In this document: one piece after another, positions 17,036 to 26,569 of the stretch
Numbering within the stretch: the stretch's first letter is position 1
Layout: each line of letters opens with the position of its first letter
Assembly (NCBI GenBank): GCA_016650445.1
Contig: JAENVS010000002.1
Location: forward strand, 10,980 to 74,979
Length of the DNA: 64,000 bases
From: Frankiaceae bacterium
Lineage (GTDB): Bacteria; Actinomycetota; Actinomycetes; Mycobacteriales; SCTD01
Direction of reading: 5' to 3'
Notes under the pieces: model-generated
The model's database searches: none
The model's input: only the letters and a program-made list of their open reading frames with translations
What the model was told of the DNA's origin: nothing
Translations under genes and position numbers: made by a program

Positions 17036-17679
17036 ACGTTGGCCGCCACGTCGTGCTCGAGCAGCACGTCGACACCGTTCACGCGGACCGACAGCTCGCC
17101 GGACGCCGTCTCGCCGACCAGCACCTCCTGGCCGGGCATGAGGTGCGCCGACTCCAGCTCTCGCATGTGCACGATCTGCGTCTGCAGGTGCTCGTCGATC
17201 CGGCGTACGACGCAGGACCGGCCGGCCTGAACCGTCGACAGCGGCTGCAGCGGTCCCGGGTCGACCGCGTTGGCCGAGCCCGGGATGGGGTTGCCGTGCG
17301 GGCAGGCCCCCGGATCGCCGAGCAGGGTGACCAGGTGCGCTTCGAGGGTCGGGCTGATGGCGTGCTCCAAGCGGCAGGCCTCCTCGTGCACCTGCGACCA
17401 GGGCACCTTCAGGACGTCGACCAGCAGCAGCTCGGCGAGCCGGTGGCGCCGCAGCATCGAGGTGGCGTAGGCCCGGCCGGTCTCGGTCAGGTGCATGACC
17501 CGGTCCCCGTCGAGGGTCAGGTAGCCCTCTCGCTCCAGCCGCTTGACGGTCTCGCTCACCGCCGGTGCGGAGACCCCGAGGCGCTCGACCAGCCGGGCCC
17601 GCATCGGGACGACGCCGGACTCCTCGAGCTCCAGGATGGTCTCGAGGTACTGCTCGACTGCCGGGTGGTGGCCTTCCAC
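17020..17679 (-). CDS. DtxR/IdeR/MntR-family metal-dependent transcriptional regulator
   Basis: GTG start. Typical N-terminus ([40 protein letters not shown]), metal-site region ([18 protein letters not shown]) and a C-terminal FeoA/SH3-like domain. Confidence 0.8.
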   Translation of the reverse strand: MEGHHPAVEQYLETILELEESGVVPMRARLVERLGVSAPAVSETVKRLEREGYLTLDGDRVMHLTETGRAYATSMLRRHRLAELLLVDVLKVPWSQVHEEACRLEHAISPTLEAHLVTLLGDPGACPHGNPIPGSANAVDPGPLQPLSTVQAGRSCVVRRIDEHLQTQIVHMRELESAHLMPGQEVLVGETASGELSVRVNGVDVLLEHDVAANVYVTV

Positions 17680-17707
17680 GCCCCGAATCGTACGTGCGAC
17701 GGCTCCG

Positions 17708-17734
17708 GGAATCGCCGGCCGAAGGCCCGGTGTT
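17708..17734 (+). promoter_or_regulatory. Candidate SigH/SigR-type autoregulatory promoter
   Basis: GGAAT (17708-17712), a 19-nt spacer, then GTT (17732-17734), in the ideR-like/sigH intergenic region. This resembles the GGAAT-N18-GTT class known for SigR/SigH regulons. Confidence 0.45.
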
Positions 17735-17845
17735 GCAGCACCAGGACGTGTTGCGGGAGGAGAGCGAATGCTTGCCCACGGGCTGGTGAGGGATGAGTGG
17801 CCCGCGCCCGCGACGGTAGGCTGGTTCTTCGGGCAGCGCGAGGAG

Positions 17846-18457
17846 GTGGGCAGGGTTCCGCAGTCAGCAGAGAGCGAGACCAGCGAGCAGCGCACTGCCC
17901 GCTTCGAACGCGATGCCCTGCCGTTCCTCGACCAGCTCTACGCCGCGGCGATGCGGATGACGCGCAACCCCGCCGACGCCGAGGACCTCGTCCAGGAGAC
18001 GTTCGTCAAGGCGTTCGCGGCGTTCCACCAGTTCCAGGAGGGCACCAACCTCAAGGCCTGGCTGTATCGCATCTTGACCAACACGTTCATCAACACCTAC
18101 CGCAAGAAGCAGCGTCAGCCGCAGCAGTCACCGGCCGACGAGATCGCCGACTGGCAGCTGGCCGCGGCGGAGGGGCACCAGAGCACGGGCCTGCGCAGCG
18201 CCGAGATGGAGGCGCTCGACCACCTGCCCGACTCCGATGTCAAGAACGCCCTGCAGGAGCTGCCCGAGGACTTCAGAATGGCGGTCTACCTCGCCGACGT
18301 GGAGGGCTTCTCCTACAAGGAGATCGCCGAGATCATGGGTACGCCGATCGGGACCGTCATGAGTCGGTTGCATCGCGGTCGCCGCGGCCTGAAGAAGCTC
18401 CTTGGTGACTACGCCGTCGAGCGTGGCCTCGTGAAGGCGGGTGCTGAGGACTCATGA
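17846..18457 (+). CDS. sigH: ECF sigma factor SigH/SigR
   Basis: Close colinear match, from memory, to M. tuberculosis SigH ([81 protein letters not shown]). Start uncertain (GTG 17846 or upstream). Confidence 0.9.
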   Translation: MGRVPQSAESETSEQRTARFERDALPFLDQLYAAAMRMTRNPADAEDLVQETFVKAFAAFHQFQEGTNLKAWLYRILTNTFINTYRKKQRQPQQSPADEIADWQLAAAEGHQSTGLRSAEMEALDHLPDSDVKNALQELPEDFRMAVYLADVEGFSYKEIAEIMGTPIGTVMSRLHRGRRGLKKLLGDYAVERGLVKAGAEDS

Positions 18458-18738
18458 GCTGTGGCGAGCCGCACGAGACCCCCTGCGACGAGGTCCTCGA
18501 GAAGGTCTACCTGTACCTCGACGGCGAGGCGGGTTCCGAGGACCACCAGCACGTGCGGCTCCACCTCGACGAGTGCGCCCCCTGCCTGCGGCAGTACGGC
18601 CTGGAGAACGCCGTGAAGGCGCTCGTCGCGCGATGTTGCGGTGGGGATGCCCCGCCGGAGGATCTCAAGCAGCGGGTGATGGTCCGCATCCAGGAGGTTC
18701 GCCTGGAGATCGAGCACGTGGAGTTCCGCGCCGAGTGA
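18454..18738 (+). CDS. rshA: Zinc-associated anti-sigma factor (ZAS; RshA/RsrA)
   Basis: ATGA overlap with sigH. HxxxCxxC motif (HLDECAPC) plus upstream Cys residues. Confidence 0.85.
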   Translation: MSCGEPHETPCDEVLEKVYLYLDGEAGSEDHQHVRLHLDECAPCLRQYGLENAVKALVARCCGGDAPPEDLKQRVMVRIQEVRLEIEHVEFRAE

Positions 18739-18753
18739 CCTAACCTCGCCGGC

Positions 18754-19713
18754 ATGACGTGGCTGGTGACCGGAGGCGCGGGCTACATCGGTGCGCATGT
18801 CGTGCGTGCCATGGTCGAGGACGCGACGAGCGTCATCGCGCTCGACGACCTGTCGACCGGCGGGGCCGATCGCGTCCAGGGCGCAGCGTTGGTCGTCGGC
18901 AGCGTTCTCGACGGTCCGCTGCTGGATCGCACGATCGCCGAGCACGGCGTCACGGGGGTCGTGCACATCGCCGCGAAGAAGCAGGTCGGTGAGTCGGTCG
19001 AGGACCCGCTGAAGTACTACCGGGAGAACCTCAGCGGGCTCGTCACCCTCCTTGAGTCGTGCCGTTCCGCCGGAGTGGACCGCTTCGTCTTCTCCTCGAG
19101 TGCCGCGACGTACGGGCTGCCCGATGTCGACCTGGTCACCGAGGACATCCCGGGGGTCCCGCTGTCGCCGTACGGCGAGACCAAGCTCGTCGGCGAGTGG
19201 CTCATGCGCGACTGCGCGACGGCGTTCGGCCTGCGCTACATGGCATTGCGCTACTTCAACGTCGCGGGGGCTGCCACGGACGACCTCGCCGACCCCGGGG
19301 TGTTCAACCTGATCCCGATGGTCTTCCGCGAGCTGGAAGCGGGCTCTCGGCCGAAGGTGTTCGGTATCGACTACCCGACCCCGGACGGCACCTGCATCCG
19401 CGACTACGTGCACGTCGCCGACATCGCGGCGGCGCACCTCGCGGCGGCCCGTGCGCTCGACGACGGTGCGCAGCCGGCGACGTACAACATCGGCTGCGGT
19501 GAGGGCTCCTCGGTGCTCGAGGTGCTTGACGTGATCGGCCAGGTCACCGGGCGCGATGTGACGCCGGAGTTCGTCGCGCGCCGCCCGGGTGACCCGGCAC
19601 GCGTCGTCGCGGCGGTCGACAGCATCCGCGACGGCCTCGGCTTCATCGCGACGCGCGACCTCGAGGACATGGTCGCGACCGCCTGGTCCGGCTGGCGCGC
19701 CGCCCGCGACTGA
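18754..19713 (+). CDS. galE: UDP-glucose 4-epimerase
   Basis: TGGAGYIG Rossmann motif, SSSAATYG, YGETK catalytic motif and DGTCIRDYVHV. Confidence 0.85.
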   Translation: MTWLVTGGAGYIGAHVVRAMVEDATSVIALDDLSTGGADRVQGAALVVGSVLDGPLLDRTIAEHGVTGVVHIAAKKQVGESVEDPLKYYRENLSGLVTLLESCRSAGVDRFVFSSSAATYGLPDVDLVTEDIPGVPLSPYGETKLVGEWLMRDCATAFGLRYMALRYFNVAGAATDDLADPGVFNLIPMVFRELEAGSRPKVFGIDYPTPDGTCIRDYVHVADIAAAHLAAARALDDGAQPATYNIGCGEGSSVLEVLDVIGQVTGRDVTPEFVARRPGDPARVVAAVDSIRDGLGFIATRDLEDMVATAWSGWRAARD

Positions 19714-19734
19714 TCGGCGTCAGCCGCCGCGCCG

Positions 19735-20664
19735 TCACTGCGCTCGGTCGCGCTGTCCCGGGGTGCGGCGGTCCCAGGACTCGAGCAGGGTGCCGAGGAT
19801 CTCCTCGGCGACGCCGAGCGTCCCGAGGTGGCTTTCGCCCGGGCGGACGTAGAAGTGCCCGTCGGGCACCCGGCTGACAACGTGTCGGCCGTGTGCCAGC
19901 GGAACGATGTGGTCGGCGTCGCCGTGCCACCAGTGCAGCGGGATGGTGACGTCGGCCAGCGCGAAGCCCCAAGGCCGACCGAACAGCACGACGTCGTAGA
20001 CCGGAGCCCGCAGGCCTGGCCGACCGCCGGTCAGCAGGTCGTCGAGGAACATCGCCCGCATCTCGGGGCGCGCGAACACCGCCCGATCGCCCGGCGGTGA
20101 GAAGCGCGCGTACAGGTGGATCGCCGGGACGGCGACCGGCCTCGCGCTCCAGAAGAACGCGGCCAGCGCCCACGACAGGGGCACGCGGAGTGCGGCGAGC
20201 GCAGGTGCGAACGTCGCCGCCAGGGCCGTGACGCCCCCCGCCGCTGCGTCGTCGCCGACAGTGGGCGCGACGCCGCCGAGAACGCCGGCGACCTTCATCC
20301 GGTCGGGCATCGCCGCGGCGCAGCCGAGGACGTAGGGCCCGCCGCCGGACAGGCCGAGCATCGAGAACTCGCCGATGCCCAGTCGGTCGAGCACGTCCTC
20401 GAGGTCGCCGGCGAAGCCGATGATCCGGTCGTAGAGGTGTGGTGTCGAGTGGCCGACGCCCGGTCGGTCGATGCCGATGAGCCGGACGCCGAGCTCGACC
20501 GCAGCCAGGCGGGCCGCCTGCGGGATCTGGCGGCGGGCGCCGGGGGTGCCGTGCATCCACAGGACGGCGCGCCCGTGCGGATCACCGAACTCTGCGAAGC
20601 CGAGTCGCCGCCCGTCCCTGACCGTGACGGTGCCTTCGACGAACGGGTCGAGGAGAGTGGCCAC
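19735..20664 (-). CDS. Alpha/beta hydrolase
   Basis: HGTPG oxyanion region, nucleophile elbow GLSGGG and C-terminal GESHLG. Confidence 0.7.
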   Translation of the reverse strand: MATLLDPFVEGTVTVRDGRRLGFAEFGDPHGRAVLWMHGTPGARRQIPQAARLAAVELGVRLIGIDRPGVGHSTPHLYDRIIGFAGDLEDVLDRLGIGEFSMLGLSGGGPYVLGCAAAMPDRMKVAGVLGGVAPTVGDDAAAGGVTALAATFAPALAALRVPLSWALAAFFWSARPVAVPAIHLYARFSPPGDRAVFARPEMRAMFLDDLLTGGRPGLRAPVYDVVLFGRPWGFALADVTIPLHWWHGDADHIVPLAHGRHVVSRVPDGHFYVRPGESHLGTLGVAEEILGTLLESWDRRTPGQRDRAQ

Positions 20665-20766
20665 GCCGTCATCCTCGCAGCCGCCCGCCCCGTCTCGGAG
20701 CTGCCGGTCCGACCCGCCGGCGCGGCGGCCCGGTCACTCCGAGGTCAGCAGTGGCTGGACATGCGA

Positions 20767-20798
20767 GGAGCCCGCACCCTTCGTGGGTGACGGGCTCC
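20767..20798 (-). terminator. Stem-loop downstream of the bL37 gene
   Basis: GGAGCCCGCACCC / GGGTG(A)CGGGCTCC forms a 13-bp stem with one bulge, 17 nt after the TAA of the small gene on the minus strand. Confidence 0.5.
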
Positions 20799-20814
20799 TC
20801 GTCGTACGACGCTG

Positions 20815-20889
20815 TTACGCGTTGGGGCGCTTGCCGTGGTTGGCGGCGTTCTTCTTGCGCCCGCGGCGCTTGCGGCCTCTCTTCGCCAT
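20815..20889 (-). CDS. 24-aa basic peptide, ribosomal protein bL37-like
   Basis: MAKRGRKRRGRKKNAANHGKRPNA. GAGGAG lies 6 nt upstream of the ATG. Matches my recollection of actinobacterial 50S protein bL37 (MAKRGRK..ANHG.RPN.). Confidence 0.7.
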   Translation of the reverse strand: MAKRGRKRRGRKKNAANHGKRPNA

Positions 20890-20936
20890 GACGGACTCCT
20901 CTGTGTCTTCAGTTCGATGGGCGGCGACGTACAGGG

Positions 20937-21506
20937 TTACACAACCGGCGCTGGGGCTATCGCGCGACGGGCGTGCTTGGCCGGTCCGCGCCCGGTCCGC
21001 ATGCCCAGCAAGACCAGCTGGGCCAGACCGGCCGCGACCAGGATGTCGCCCGGACTGACCACCTCCGGCCAGCGCGGCGCCGGCAGCGGGATGACGTCGC
21101 CGAGGAAGCCCAGCCGGGTGTTCCGGTCGGCCAGCTCGTGCCGCGGGTCCTCGCCGCTGAGGATGTGCTGGGTCGTCGTCCCGGCCCGCCCGGCGGCGTC
21201 GACGGACACCGGCATCGCTCCGTTCAGGCCGACCACCAGGGCGTTGGCCAGCAGCCCCAGCGCGATCAGCCCGGTGCCGCGGATCCCGCGGTTGTGCAGG
21301 AGGAACCACGCGACCAACCCGGCTGACACAGCGAGCCCGAGTGGGTAGACCGGCCCGCCGATGAGCGTCGCCGCCGCCTGGACCGCGAACGCCGACCAGA
21401 CCAGCCGCCGCGACCGCATCGGCATCGCTCCCAGCCGGTCCAGGCTGCCGCCGGTGAGCCAGCCGAGCACGACCGCGATGAGCAGCGCGACTCCGGCCAG
21501 GACCAC
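20937..21506 (-). CDS. DUF5317-like integral membrane protein
   Basis: Only the 3' 570 nt of the 536-aa ORF look coding. Multiple TM helices and an NGAMPV motif. GTG start at 21506 is a guess. Confidence 0.55.
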   Translation of the reverse strand: MVLAGVALLIAVVLGWLTGGSLDRLGAMPMRSRRLVWSAFAVQAAATLIGGPVYPLGLAVSAGLVAWFLLHNRGIRGTGLIALGLLANALVVGLNGAMPVSVDAAGRAGTTTQHILSGEDPRHELADRNTRLGFLGDVIPLPAPRWPEVVSPGDILVAAGLAQLVLLGMRTGRGPAKHARRAIAPAPVV

Positions 21507-21554
21507 CTCGCTAGTGTCGCCGGTCGAACCTCTCCCGCTCTGGAAGGACCCCGC

Positions 21555-22892
21555 GTGTTCGACACCGTCCTGGTCGCCAACCGCGGCGAGATCGCCCGCC
21601 GGGTCGTGCGCACCTGCCAGCGGCTGGGTGTGAAGGCCGTGACGGTGCACTCCGAGGCCGACGCGCACGCGCTGCACGTCGTCGAGTCCGACGAGTCGGT
21701 GCTGATCGGCCCGGCGCCGCCGACCGAGTCCTACCTCGACCAGCTGAAGGTCCTCGAGGCGGCGCGGCAGACCGGCGCGCAGGCTGTCCACCCGGGCTAC
21801 GGCTTCCTCGCCGAGAACGCGACGTTCGCGCAGGCAGTCATCGACGCCGGGCTCACCTGGATCGGCCCGTCGCCCGATGCGATCGACCGCATGGGCGACA
21901 AGATCAACGCCCGCAACCTGATGTCTGCCGCCGGCGTTCCCGTCGCCGTCGGGACGCCGGAGCCGCTGGCCGACGTCGAGGCGGCCGTCAGCGCGGCCAA
22001 GGAGATCGGCTACCCGGTGATGGTCAAGGCGTCCGCGGGAGGCGGCGGCATCGGCATGGGCGTCGCTCGCGACGAGGCGGAGCTGCGCACGTCCTTCGAC
22101 ACCGCCCGCACGCGCGCGGAGCGCTTCTTCGGCTCGCCCGCGATCCTGCTCGAGCGCTACATGGAGAAGGCACGGCACGTCGAGGTTCAGGTGCTCGGGC
22201 TTGCCGACGGCCGGGTCGTCACGTTGGGCGAGCGCGACTGCTCCGTGCAGCGACGGCACCAGAAGGTCGCGGAGGAGACGCCGTCGCCGGGCGTCTCGCC
22301 GGAGCTGCGCGCGCGGATGCTGGCCGGCGCCGTGCGCGCCGGCGAAGCCGTCGGCTACCGCAACGCGGGCACCGTGGAGTGCCTGGTCTCCGGTGACGAG
22401 TTCGTGTTCCTCGAGATGAACACGCGACTGCAGGTCGAGCACCCTGTGACCGAGCTCGTGCACGGCGTCGATCTCGTCGAGCAGCAGCTGCTGGTGGCCG
22501 CGGGTGAGCCTGCGTCGTACGACGTGAACGTGCAGTCTGACGGGCACGCGATCGAGCTGCGGATCTACGCCGAGGACCCGGTGCGCTTCCTGCCGGGGCC
22601 GGGCACGATCACGCGCTGGGAGGAGCCGAGCGGTGAAGGCATCCGCGTGGACGCCGGCTACCGCAAGGGTGACGTCGTGACGCCGTACTACGACCCGTTG
22701 CTCGCCAAGCTCGCGGTCTGGGCACCTGACCGCGACGAGGCCCTGCAGCGCACGCGCGACGCCGTCGCTGCCTTTGCGGTCGAGGGGCCGAAGGTCAACC
22801 TGCCGTTCTTCACCGAGCTGCTCGCGAACGCGGAGTTCGTCAGCGGCGACTACGACACCGGGCTGGTCGAGCGGATGAGGGCCAAGAAGTGA
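21555..22892 (+). CDS. Biotin carboxylase subunit of an acyl-CoA carboxylase (BC domain only, no fused BCCP)
   Basis: LVANRGEIA, HPGYGFLAEN, GYPVMVKASAGGGGIGM, ERDCSVQRRHQKV.EE and EMNTRLQVEH. Ends after the BC C-terminal domain. Confidence 0.85.
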   Translation: MFDTVLVANRGEIARRVVRTCQRLGVKAVTVHSEADAHALHVVESDESVLIGPAPPTESYLDQLKVLEAARQTGAQAVHPGYGFLAENATFAQAVIDAGLTWIGPSPDAIDRMGDKINARNLMSAAGVPVAVGTPEPLADVEAAVSAAKEIGYPVMVKASAGGGGIGMGVARDEAELRTSFDTARTRAERFFGSPAILLERYMEKARHVEVQVLGLADGRVVTLGERDCSVQRRHQKVAEETPSPGVSPELRARMLAGAVRAGEAVGYRNAGTVECLVSGDEFVFLEMNTRLQVEHPVTELVHGVDLVEQQLLVAAGEPASYDVNVQSDGHAIELRIYAEDPVRFLPGPGTITRWEEPSGEGIRVDAGYRKGDVVTPYYDPLLAKLAVWAPDRDEALQRTRDAVAAFAVEGPKVNLPFFTELLANAEFVSGDYDTGLVERMRAKK

Positions 22893-23650
22893 GTGACCTG
22901 GCGGTCAGCAACAAGGGTCGCGTGCTGCGACTGCACATCGACCGGGAGCCGAAGCGCAACGCCCTCAACGGCGAGGTGCTCCGCGGAATGCTCGATGCCT
23001 TGCGGTCACCGGGCGACGCACGCGTCGTGCTCGTCAGCAGCGCGGGGGAGAAGGTCTTCTGCTCCGGCGCCGACCTCGTGGCGATGGCACCCAACGCCAC
23101 CGGGCTCGAGGTGCACGAGGGTCGTGGCCTGCTGCGTGAGGTCGTGCTGGAGATGCGCGCGTGCCCGCTCCCGGTGGTCGCTTCGGTGCAGGGACTGTGC
23201 CTGGCCGGCGGGGTCGGCCTGGTGATGGGTTGCGACATCGTGCTTGCCGCGGAGTCGGCTGCCTTCGGGCTCCCGGAGGTCGACCTCGGGCTCTGGCCGT
23301 TCATGGTCAGTGCGCTGCTCGGTCGGCATGTCAGCCCGAAGCGCGCACTCGAGATGATGCTGTCGGCCCGCCGCGTGCCAGCCCGAGAGGCACTCGAGAT
23401 GGGGCTGATCTCGCGCGTCGTCGACGACCTTCCCGCGGAGACCGACGCCTTGGTTGCCGCACTCGCCGCCAAGCCGCCCGTCGCCGTACGGCTCGGCAAG
23501 AAGGCCTTCTTCGCCGCGATGGACAGCTCGCTCGAAGCCGGGTTGGAAGCCATGCAGGCCCAGCTGTCCCTTCTCAACACCACGCAGGACGCCGCCGAAG
23601 GCGTCGGTGCCTTCCTCGAGAAGCGCAAGCCGGAGTGGAAGGGCCGCTGA
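22889..23650 (+). CDS. Enoyl-CoA hydratase/isomerase (crotonase) family protein
   Basis: GTGA overlap with the upstream gene. FCSGADL oxyanion motif and G.C.AGG..L.M.CD. Confidence 0.8.
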   Translation: MSDLAVSNKGRVLRLHIDREPKRNALNGEVLRGMLDALRSPGDARVVLVSSAGEKVFCSGADLVAMAPNATGLEVHEGRGLLREVVLEMRACPLPVVASVQGLCLAGGVGLVMGCDIVLAAESAAFGLPEVDLGLWPFMVSALLGRHVSPKRALEMMLSARRVPAREALEMGLISRVVDDLPAETDALVAALAAKPPVAVRLGKKAFFAAMDSSLEAGLEAMQAQLSLLNTTQDAAEGVGAFLEKRKPEWKGR

Positions 23651-23690
23651 TCGGCTCTGATCCGGCCCTGATCGGCGTAACCTCGACGGC

Positions 23691-25130
23691 ATGACGGAGA
23701 CGCCTCAGGAAGCCACTGCCGCGGCGACGCACGACCCCGACCGCCCGGCGGCGCTGCTGGAGTTCATGAGCACCGGCTGGGCCCCCCGCGAGGAGTCGCT
23801 GCCGGCTGCGGCGCCCGCATCGTCGTACTGCTCCGCTCGTCGGCGGGCCCTCGCCGAGCGCTTCCCGGGTGAGGTCCTCGTCGTACCGACCGGGGGTTAC
23901 AAGACCCGCGCGAACGACACGGAGTTCCGGTTCCGACCGGGCACCGAGTTCGCCTACCTCGCCGGCTCGCACGAGCCCGACGCCGTGCTGGTCATCGACG
24001 CCAAGGGGGACGCCGTCCTCTACCAAGCACCGTCGATGGACCGCTCGACGCCGTCGTTCTTCACCGACCGGATGTACGGCGAGCTGTGGGTCGGGCCGCG
24101 GCCGACGCTCGCCGCGACGAGCGCGCTATTGGGCATCGAGACGCGCCCGCTCGAGGAGCTGGACAAGCTGTCCGGCAAGGCCCGCGTCGTGCGTGGCTTC
24201 GACGCCCGCATCGAGTCGCTGTTCGACTCGGAGGAGGAGAACGACACCGAGCTGGCGGTCTTCCTGTCCGAGCAGCGGCTGGTCAAGGACGAGCACGAGG
24301 TCGCGCAGCTGCAGGAAGCCGTCGACGCGACGATCCTGGGCTTCGAGGACGTCGTGCGGCAGCTGCCGGCCGCGGTGCAGACGACCGAGCGCTGGATCGA
24401 GGGCGTGTTCGGGCTGCGCGCTCGGGTCGAGGGCAACGACGTGGGCTACGGCTCCATCTGCGCGGCCGGCACGCACGCGTGCATCCTGCACTGGACAGAC
24501 AACGACGGCGAGGTGCGCGAGGGCGATCTGGTACTGCTCGACATGGGCGTCGAGGGCCACGAGCTCTACACCGCCGACGTCACCCGGACTCTGCCGGTCA
24601 ACGGCACCTTCACGCCGCGGCAGCGCGAGGTCTACACCCTCGTCTACGAGTCGCAGGAAGCGGCAATCGCAGCGTGCAAGCCGGGCGCCGACTTCCTCGA
24701 CCCGCACCGGGCCGCCATGAAGGTGCTCGCCGAGGGCCTCGAGCGGATGGGGATCCTCGAGTCGGCCGAGTCCGCCCTGGCCGAGGACAGCCAGCTCTAC
24801 CGCCGCTACACCCTGCACGGCGTCAGCCACATGCTCGGCCTCGACGTGCACGACTGCGCGCACGCGCGCAAGGAGATGTACACGAAGGGGACCCTCGCCG
24901 AGGGCTACGTCCTCACGATCGAGCCCGGTCTGTACTTCCAGCCCGACGACCTCACCGTGCCGGCGGACCTGCGCGGGATCGGTGTGCGGATCGAGGACGA
25001 CGTCGTCGTGACGAAGGACGGCTGCCGCAACCTTTCCGCGGCCCTGCCCAGGCACCCGGACGAGGTCGAGGCGTGGATGTCGGGTCTTCGCGAGGAGTCG
25101 CTCGACCACCCCCCTCTACGAGAGCACTGA
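23691..25130 (+). CDS. Xaa-Pro aminopeptidase (M24B, PepP-like)
   Basis: Creatinase-like N-terminal domain plus M24 metal ligands (DMG..Y.ADVTRT, HG.SH.LGLDVHD, EPGLY, GIGVRIEDDV). Confidence 0.85.
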   Translation: MTETPQEATAAATHDPDRPAALLEFMSTGWAPREESLPAAAPASSYCSARRRALAERFPGEVLVVPTGGYKTRANDTEFRFRPGTEFAYLAGSHEPDAVLVIDAKGDAVLYQAPSMDRSTPSFFTDRMYGELWVGPRPTLAATSALLGIETRPLEELDKLSGKARVVRGFDARIESLFDSEEENDTELAVFLSEQRLVKDEHEVAQLQEAVDATILGFEDVVRQLPAAVQTTERWIEGVFGLRARVEGNDVGYGSICAAGTHACILHWTDNDGEVREGDLVLLDMGVEGHELYTADVTRTLPVNGTFTPRQREVYTLVYESQEAAIAACKPGADFLDPHRAAMKVLAEGLERMGILESAESALAEDSQLYRRYTLHGVSHMLGLDVHDCAHARKEMYTKGTLAEGYVLTIEPGLYFQPDDLTVPADLRGIGVRIEDDVVVTKDGCRNLSAALPRHPDEVEAWMSGLREESLDHPPLREH

Positions 25131-25330
25131 CCCAAATGGGCTCCGTGCGCGTGTAGAGCGCCCCTGTCCGGGGCGTCCAGTTCTTATGCCACGAGTGGCT
25201 GGCTGGTGCCTGCTTCATCGGGTGGCACCGACCAGACAGCCTGGGCTGCCGGGTCTGACGTCCACCCTCCACAGGCGTGACGAGCGGGCTCGTCTGACCG
25301 GCCTGCTGGGTGCAGGTCCCGGGCCTGGGA
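25131..25330 (-). ncRNA. Candidate TnpB-associated omega (reRNA) scaffold and guide region
   Basis: By analogy with characterised TnpB loci, the RNA overlaps the tnpB 3' end and the right end. Hairpins are seen at 25279-25294 (GACGAG-cggg-CTCGTC), 25205-25229 (GGTGCC..GGCACC) and 25158-25176. Not verified. Confidence 0.3.
25158..25176. terminator. GC stem-loop between the convergent pepP and tnpB genes
   Basis: GCGCCCC-tgtcc-GGGGCGT (7 bp including one G-U), followed on the plus strand by CCAGTTCTTAT. Could be a pepP terminator, a bidirectional terminator, or part of the IS right end / omega-RNA. Confidence 0.4.
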
Positions 25331-26569
25331 GTCATCGCAGGGGCAGGTGCCCCGTTGGTGCTCGCCCCAGGCGGCGAGGGTCGCGGCAGCGTTCAGGTCG
25401 CGGTCAAGGACCAGACCGCAGCGGTCGCAGGTGTAGGTGCGCTCGGACAGGGCCAGCTTGGCTTTCACTGATCCGCAGCTCGAGCACGTCTTGGACGAGG
25501 GGAAGAAGCGGGGGGCGAGCAGCACCGTGCCGCCGGCCCAGTCGGCTTTGTAGGTGAGCTGCCGGCCGAGCTCCCCCCAGCCTTCGTCGGCGATGGAACG
25601 GGCCAGCCGCGAGTTCGCCATCAGGTTCTTGGTCGACAGGGTCTCCAGCACGAGCACCAGGTGCGTCTGGATGAGGGCGCTCGAGTAGGCGTGGAGGGCG
25701 TTCTTACGTTGCTGCGCGACCTTCTCGTGTAGCCGTCCAACCCTGGCGACAGCCTTGCGTCGGTTCCGGCTCGATGCTTGTCCGCGCACGGTGCGGCGAC
25801 TGACGGTGCGCTGCGCCCGAGCGAGCTTCCGCGAGGTCTGACGCAGATACCGCCCGGAGTCGAGCGCGAGAACCGCTGCTCCGTCGGCGGTTGCGGCGAC
25901 CGCGCCCGTCCGGATCCCCCGGTCGACCCCGACGATCGGCATGCAGGCGGCCGCCGCCACTGCCGGCGCCCGCAACTGTTGCTCGATCTTGCACGACGCC
26001 CACCACGAACCGTCCGCATGCCGCGCGATCGTCACACTCGTGATCCGGGCCCGGCCGCGACGGATGAGCCGGCGGAGCCTCGCTTGGTCGGGGTCGGGGC
26101 CAGCAATCCGGATCTCGCCTATCTTCGGCAGGCGCAGCGCCCCGGCCGCCAGCCGGCAATCCCGGCCCCACTCGGTCCAACGCTCCCGAGCCTTGCCCTT
26201 CTTCGCGAACTTCGGGAACCGCGTCCGGCCCGACAGGAACCCGTTCGAAGCCGCTGCCGCGTCGACAGCGGCGAACTCCAAGACCCACACGCTGAGCTCA
26301 CGCAGCCATTCCGGCCGATCCGCCTTCAGCGCGTTGCGCAGATCCATCGCCGACAGCGGCTTGACCCGCTCCTTCGCGTCAATGCCTGCATCACGCTGCG
26401 CCTGCCAGACGGCGTGGTTCTGGGCGATCAGCGCAACGGACTGGTTGAAGCACCACCGACGCGAACCAGCCGACCGCGCGAACCAACCGGTCTGCATGTT
26501 GGTCGGATCCAGCTTGAACGACACCCCGTACCGGCGAAGTCTCGCCTGCGGCCTAGCCACCTCGCCCAT
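25184..26569 (-). CDS. tnpB: TnpB RNA-guided endonuclease (OrfB_IS605 / Cas12 ancestor family)
   Basis: RuvC-like residues in IVGVDRGI, VLETLS and LDRDLNAA. Zinc finger CSSCG..CDRCG. Typical PKFAKKGK and RLPKIGEIR segments. ATG 26569 preferred over the TTG at 26599. Confidence 0.9.
   Translation of the reverse strand: MGEVARPQARLRRYGVSFKLDPTNMQTGWFARSAGSRRWCFNQSVALIAQNHAVWQAQRDAGIDAKERVKPLSAMDLRNALKADRPEWLRELSVWVLEFAAVDAAAASNGFLSGRTRFPKFAKKGKARERWTEWGRDCRLAAGALRLPKIGEIRIAGPDPDQARLRRLIRRGRARITSVTIARHADGSWWASCKIEQQLRAPAVAAAACMPIVGVDRGIRTGAVAATADGAAVLALDSGRYLRQTSRKLARAQRTVSRRTVRGQASSRNRRKAVARVGRLHEKVAQQRKNALHAYSSALIQTHLVLVLETLSTKNLMANSRLARSIADEGWGELGRQLTYKADWAGGTVLLAPRFFPSSKTCSSCGSVKAKLALSERTYTCDRCGLVLDRDLNAAATLAAWGEHQRGTCPCDDSQARDLHPAGRSDEPARHACGGWTSDPAAQAVWSVPPDEAGTSQPLVA

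Noticed and set aside
20937-22547. 536-aa minus-strand ORF
   Set aside because: Only 20937-21506 encode a plausible membrane protein. The remainder is antisense to the biotin carboxylase gene.
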